A stretch of DNA of 11,045 nt from Octopus sinensis (Eukaryota), in assembly GCF_006345805.1 (NCBI RefSeq), contig NW_021827080.1, forward strand, positions 1-11,045, in the 5' to 3' direction. Under the pieces are notes generated by a model that ran no database searches, was not told the DNA's origin, and saw only the letters and a list, made by a program, of their open reading frames with translations. Below, piece by piece: positions 7,721-11,045 of the stretch. The translations under genes and the position numbers were made by a program. Each line of letters opens with the position of its first letter. The stretch's first letter is position 1.

Positions 7721-8912
7721 CACACACAAAAATCTGATATTAATATTTTTTTCTATCTCTGATTATTTATAATTTTATGTGTTGCAACTCATTGAATTGA
7801 AACCACTAAGGAAAACAGGCTTCTTGGAAATACATAAATTTTCTCACCCACTTCAATATTTTTGGTAAAGATTTGACTTTTTTTTCACTCATTCTTATTT
7901 TTTACTCTGTTTATCTTTCTTTTTGTTTCGTATTCCATGGATGTACACTTGCATAACATATGTTATTCTTGTAAAAAATAAAATAAGAATAATATACGAA
8001 TATACAAATATGATTGTCTTCTGGGATATTATAAGAATTATCTTTAATTTTCTGAGCTTGGCCCTCAAACACGAAGACAGGACGCCAGTTCTTGAAATTA
8101 TTTTTTATTCATAGTTATATATTTTGATCTTGAGAAATTTTAATGTCATACGAATCAACCGTTATTTATTTGATTATATATATCTCAATATTGGTTTCTT
8201 TTAATTAAACACAAAAATTCCCTGTACCCTGGAGTTGATGGTCTGCTGTGGTCCCTATGCATTTCCTTCTCAAATGAAATATTTTCAGCCAAGAATGGAA
8301 ATTACATCATGGACGCAGGCGATTGGGAACAATGTCGTAAAAATTTAGTTAGTATTGGTACGAGAATCCTTATGATTTCTTAGATAAGAACAACAGTATA
8401 AATTCTTTGAAAATAATAGCACAACCAACATTGACGATCTTTCGTGCCCTTATGAAATATTATCTGCGACGCGAACGTTTTCAGTCAGCTTTTTTTGCCA
8501 GGAGGACATTCACGCAGGTTATGAAAAACATAAGAAATACAAACAATTGTTTGATTCAATGTTTGTATACAGTTGTCGTCCATGTAATTATAACTAACCA
8601 ATCAGCGAACAGTAGTTTATATGTTGTGTAACGTTTATCATTGGCAACTAGCTTTTCTTCTCATTTTTCATCCTGCCGGGGTCACCAATGTAGTGTATCT
8701 CAAGAATTGCACGTCATTGCTGGTGTTTCTGTTTCGTATTAAGTGTATTTAGTTTAATACGGATTTTATGACGGTCTTGGTAACGTTAGAGGAGACGAAT
8801 GACTCGATAGATAATAAAATTGTTTAGGAATCAACATCCTTGATTGAGTAGAGTTATGATAAAAAGCGTTCAACATTGATGATAGCCTCTGTCTTCATAT
8901 ATATAGAATCTC

Positions 8913-9030
8913 GGAATAGACATAGTGGTTAGGATAATTGGATAGGCATTATATAATTGTAGGTTCGATTCCTGCCAGGAATAGAACCTAGAATTTATAC
9001 ATTTAAGCAGGCTACTCAGTTACAAATCCT
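8913..9030. mobile_element. Degenerate tRNA-like SINE head fragment(s) forming a short fold-back
   Basis: A-box-like GACATAGTGGTTAGG (8919-8933) and a perfect B box GGTTCGATTCC (8962-8972) on plus. An inverted near-copy GGTTCTATTCC follows immediately on minus (8978-8988). No cloverleaf could be folded. Confidence 0.45.
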
Positions 9031-9071
9031 TCTCAACGGCGTATATATATATATATATATACATATACACC

Positions 9072-9195
9072 AGGGCACATAAATGCGAAACAAGGAGAAA
9101 AAAGTACACGAATACCAGAGGCAGAGTTATATGTTTTATCAAAAAGCAGCAAAATATTACAAAAGCTGTTCCCGTTCGTCGGACAGTTTTGTTTA
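9072..9195 (-). mobile_element. Possible Penelope-like repeat remnant
   Basis: Resembles a repeat I recall from octopus DNA (AAATGCGAAACAAGG..GAATACCAGAGG..GTTCCCGTTCGTCGGACAG) and carries a partial hammerhead-like motif. There is no coding evidence. Confidence 0.35.
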
Positions 9196-9244
9196 GATAT
9201 ATAAATACATATATATATATATATAGTATTTATACATATGTATA

Positions 9245-9455
9245 TGTTTGTGTGTGTGTGTCAGTGTGTACCTGCGTTTGTCCCACACCACTGCACCGCT
9301 CGATAATTTGTGTTGGCATGTCTTACGTTCCCCGTAACCTAACACTTCAGCAAAAGAGACCGATAGAGTAAGTACCAAGCTTAAAGAAATAACTATCAGA
9401 ATCAATTTGCTGAACTAAACCCTTCAAGAGGGTTTCCTAACACATCCGTGGTCCA
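9245..9455 (+). mobile_element. Diverged 3' half of the same CORE-like SINE family
   Basis: (GT)n, then GCGTTTGTCCCACACCAC, CCCCGTAACCTAACACTTCAGCAAAAGAGACCGATAGAGTAAGTACCAAGCTT and AATTTGCTGAACTAAA. This is colinear with the reverse complement of 6180-6335. Confidence 0.75.
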
Positions 9456-9531
9456 ACGCTTGCAGGTGAGCCTTAATCATACAGATCTAAGACCAAAACC
9501 ATTCTACCTGATGCCATAATTTATGTAGTGA

Positions 9532-9638
9532 GGGTGGGGGGCTAGGAACGTGACCGGGATACCAAAGGGGCAGCAGCCCGAAACATTTTCAGGCTGCTGC
9601 CCCTTCGGCATCCAGGCCACGTTCCTAGCCCCTCACCC
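9532..9638. repeat. GC-rich 52-bp inverted repeat (hairpin) with a 3-nt loop
   Basis: Arms 9532-9583 and 9587-9638 align without gaps with 6 mismatches. The loop is CAT. Confidence 0.95.
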
Positions 9639-9734
9639 ACCCTTCCACCAATATCGACCACTTTCTGCAACAAATGCGAAACAACTGTATTTCACAAATC
9701 AAACTTAAACCTAATTAACTTAATTAATACTTAT

Positions 9735-9849
9735 TTTTATGACCCCATTTTGGCCACCCCGTTATCGTCCTACTTTTCTTCAATGCCGCTCTAGATCTTT
9801 CCACCGCCCCCAGGTGGGCGGGGGCAATACCACCCATTTTGGAAACTAC
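9735..9849 (-). mobile_element. Possible single end of a hAT/Charlie-like MITE
   Basis: The minus strand begins TAGTTTCCAAAATGGGTGGTATTGCCCCC..CTGGGGGCGGTGG, reminiscent of CAGTGGTTCCCAAA-type hAT termini. No partner TIR or 8-bp TSD was found. Confidence 0.3.
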
Positions 9850-9947
9850 AAAGTATCTGCTCCTTATCAAGATATTTGGGTGCGATTTGGTTGCCATTAC
9901 CAGCGGCCTAGAAAACCACGAAGCCTCGTTAACTAGTTCATGATCCC

Positions 9948-10060
9948 ACCCACACAGACACAGACACACACACACACAGACACAGATACACACACACACA
10001 CACACACGCACACACGCAAACACACACACACACACAGACGCACAAACACACGCACACACC
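9948..10060. repeat. (CA)n/(CACAGA)n microsatellite
   Basis: Directly visible. Confidence 0.95.
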
Positions 10061-10929
10061 TATGGCTGTGTAAGTCGCATACGCACGTGCACATGACGGG
10101 AAGCCATTTTGTATACGAGTGCATGTGTCTCTTCAGCATAGATTTGTCTCTTCTGATGCGTACACTAATAACAGAATGATGAACGATTTTTTTTACGAGC
10201 GAGAATCGGAAGTCGTTAAGAATCCGAGTTTCTTGACACAAGACATACATTAGGAATCAACTGAAAAGATGACTCATGCTTTTCAAAGACTTTATCAAAA
10301 AAATAAAAAGTTCAAAGAAAAAAAAATTAGCTGATACATCAAAAGAATGCTTGCTGCAACGAATTCAATCATTCTTGTGTGAAATGATACGATCTCATCG
10401 TTGTACATCTTGAAATTACTGGTCATTTTTCCAGCTAGTTTAATGCTTTAGTAACAAGTTATTTTATCCTCTTTTATTTTGTATTAAAAAAATAAGATTA
10501 AAAATTATTTTGCTGTTATTAAGGTGGAGTAAAGGAAGGTCATTACTTTCTCATCGAACTTTCGACGTGGCACAAATCAGACGACACTTCAAGAAAGAGC
10601 CTGGAGAAAAAATAACTCAGGTGATTGTTTTGTGTACGCAGTATTCACATGAGCTACGTCCCTCAAATCAGTAATATAGCGATGAAAAGAAAGCTCCGTT
10701 AAGTGAAGCTATCCATGTCATTAGCAGAGGAAAACTTCCTTTAAGGTTGTTTAGCTTCTAAAAGTGAAGAAGTGAGGTAATTTTAATTATGTTAGCTAGT
10801 GAAGCAAAGTATTTAGAAAAACAAACCCGATGTAGACGGATTTATGTTTCGTCTTTAAAAGCATCTGCAGAAAATAACGGGGATTTTTCGGTTTTATTAG
10901 ACCTTCTCAGTAAAAATATTCTACTCAGT

Positions 10930-10963
<34 letters not shown>

Positions 10964-10968
10964 ATATA
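10930..10968. repeat. (TA)n microsatellite
   Basis: Directly visible. Confidence 0.95.
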
Positions 10969-11045
10969 TGTTTTAAGGATTTAAGGATATATAAACCCCA
11001 CTAGAAGTGATATGATATATATGTAAAAAATGTAATATATAAATA

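Noticed and set aside
8913-8985. Functional tRNA gene
   Set aside because: A- and B-box-like motifs are present, but no acceptor or anticodon stems could be formed.
9081-9684. 13-bp direct repeat AAATGCGAAACAA (9081-9093, 9672-9684) as a possible TSD
   Set aside because: The enclosed DNA is a patchwork of unrelated repeats, and one 13-mer match in several kb is not significant.
10100-11045. Short ORFs and isolated donor-like sites (e.g. CAG|GTGATT near 10620) in the right-hand unique region
   Set aside because: No convincing paired acceptor and no recognisable peptide.

Overview
Eukaryotic, AT-rich, repeat-saturated non-coding DNA. The repeat families suggest a coleoid cephalopod, probably Octopus; this is inferred from recalled repeat sequences, not from a search. 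There is no intact protein-coding gene, and most ORFs in the supplied track are microsatellite artefacts. From left to right the window holds: a (GAT)n tract; the decayed 3' end of a CR1/L2-type LINE; TA/CA microsatellites; a tRNA-derived SINE; the 5' part of an R4/Dong-like non-LTR ORF; a truncated Hsmar1-like mariner; an internally deleted maT-like (DDxD) Tc1/mariner element containing a head-to-tail pair of non-autonomous Helitrons; a tail-to-tail pair of CORE-like SINEs; more microsatellites; and several fold-back structures near 8.9-9.7 kb, including a 52-bp GC-rich hairpin and a possible broken hammerhead ribozyme. Two weak plus-strand exon candidates (735-804, 8289-8336) suggest the window could be intronic. 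I found no convincing novel multi-gene system. The most interesting signals are the RNA-structure candidates and the nested Helitron architecture.
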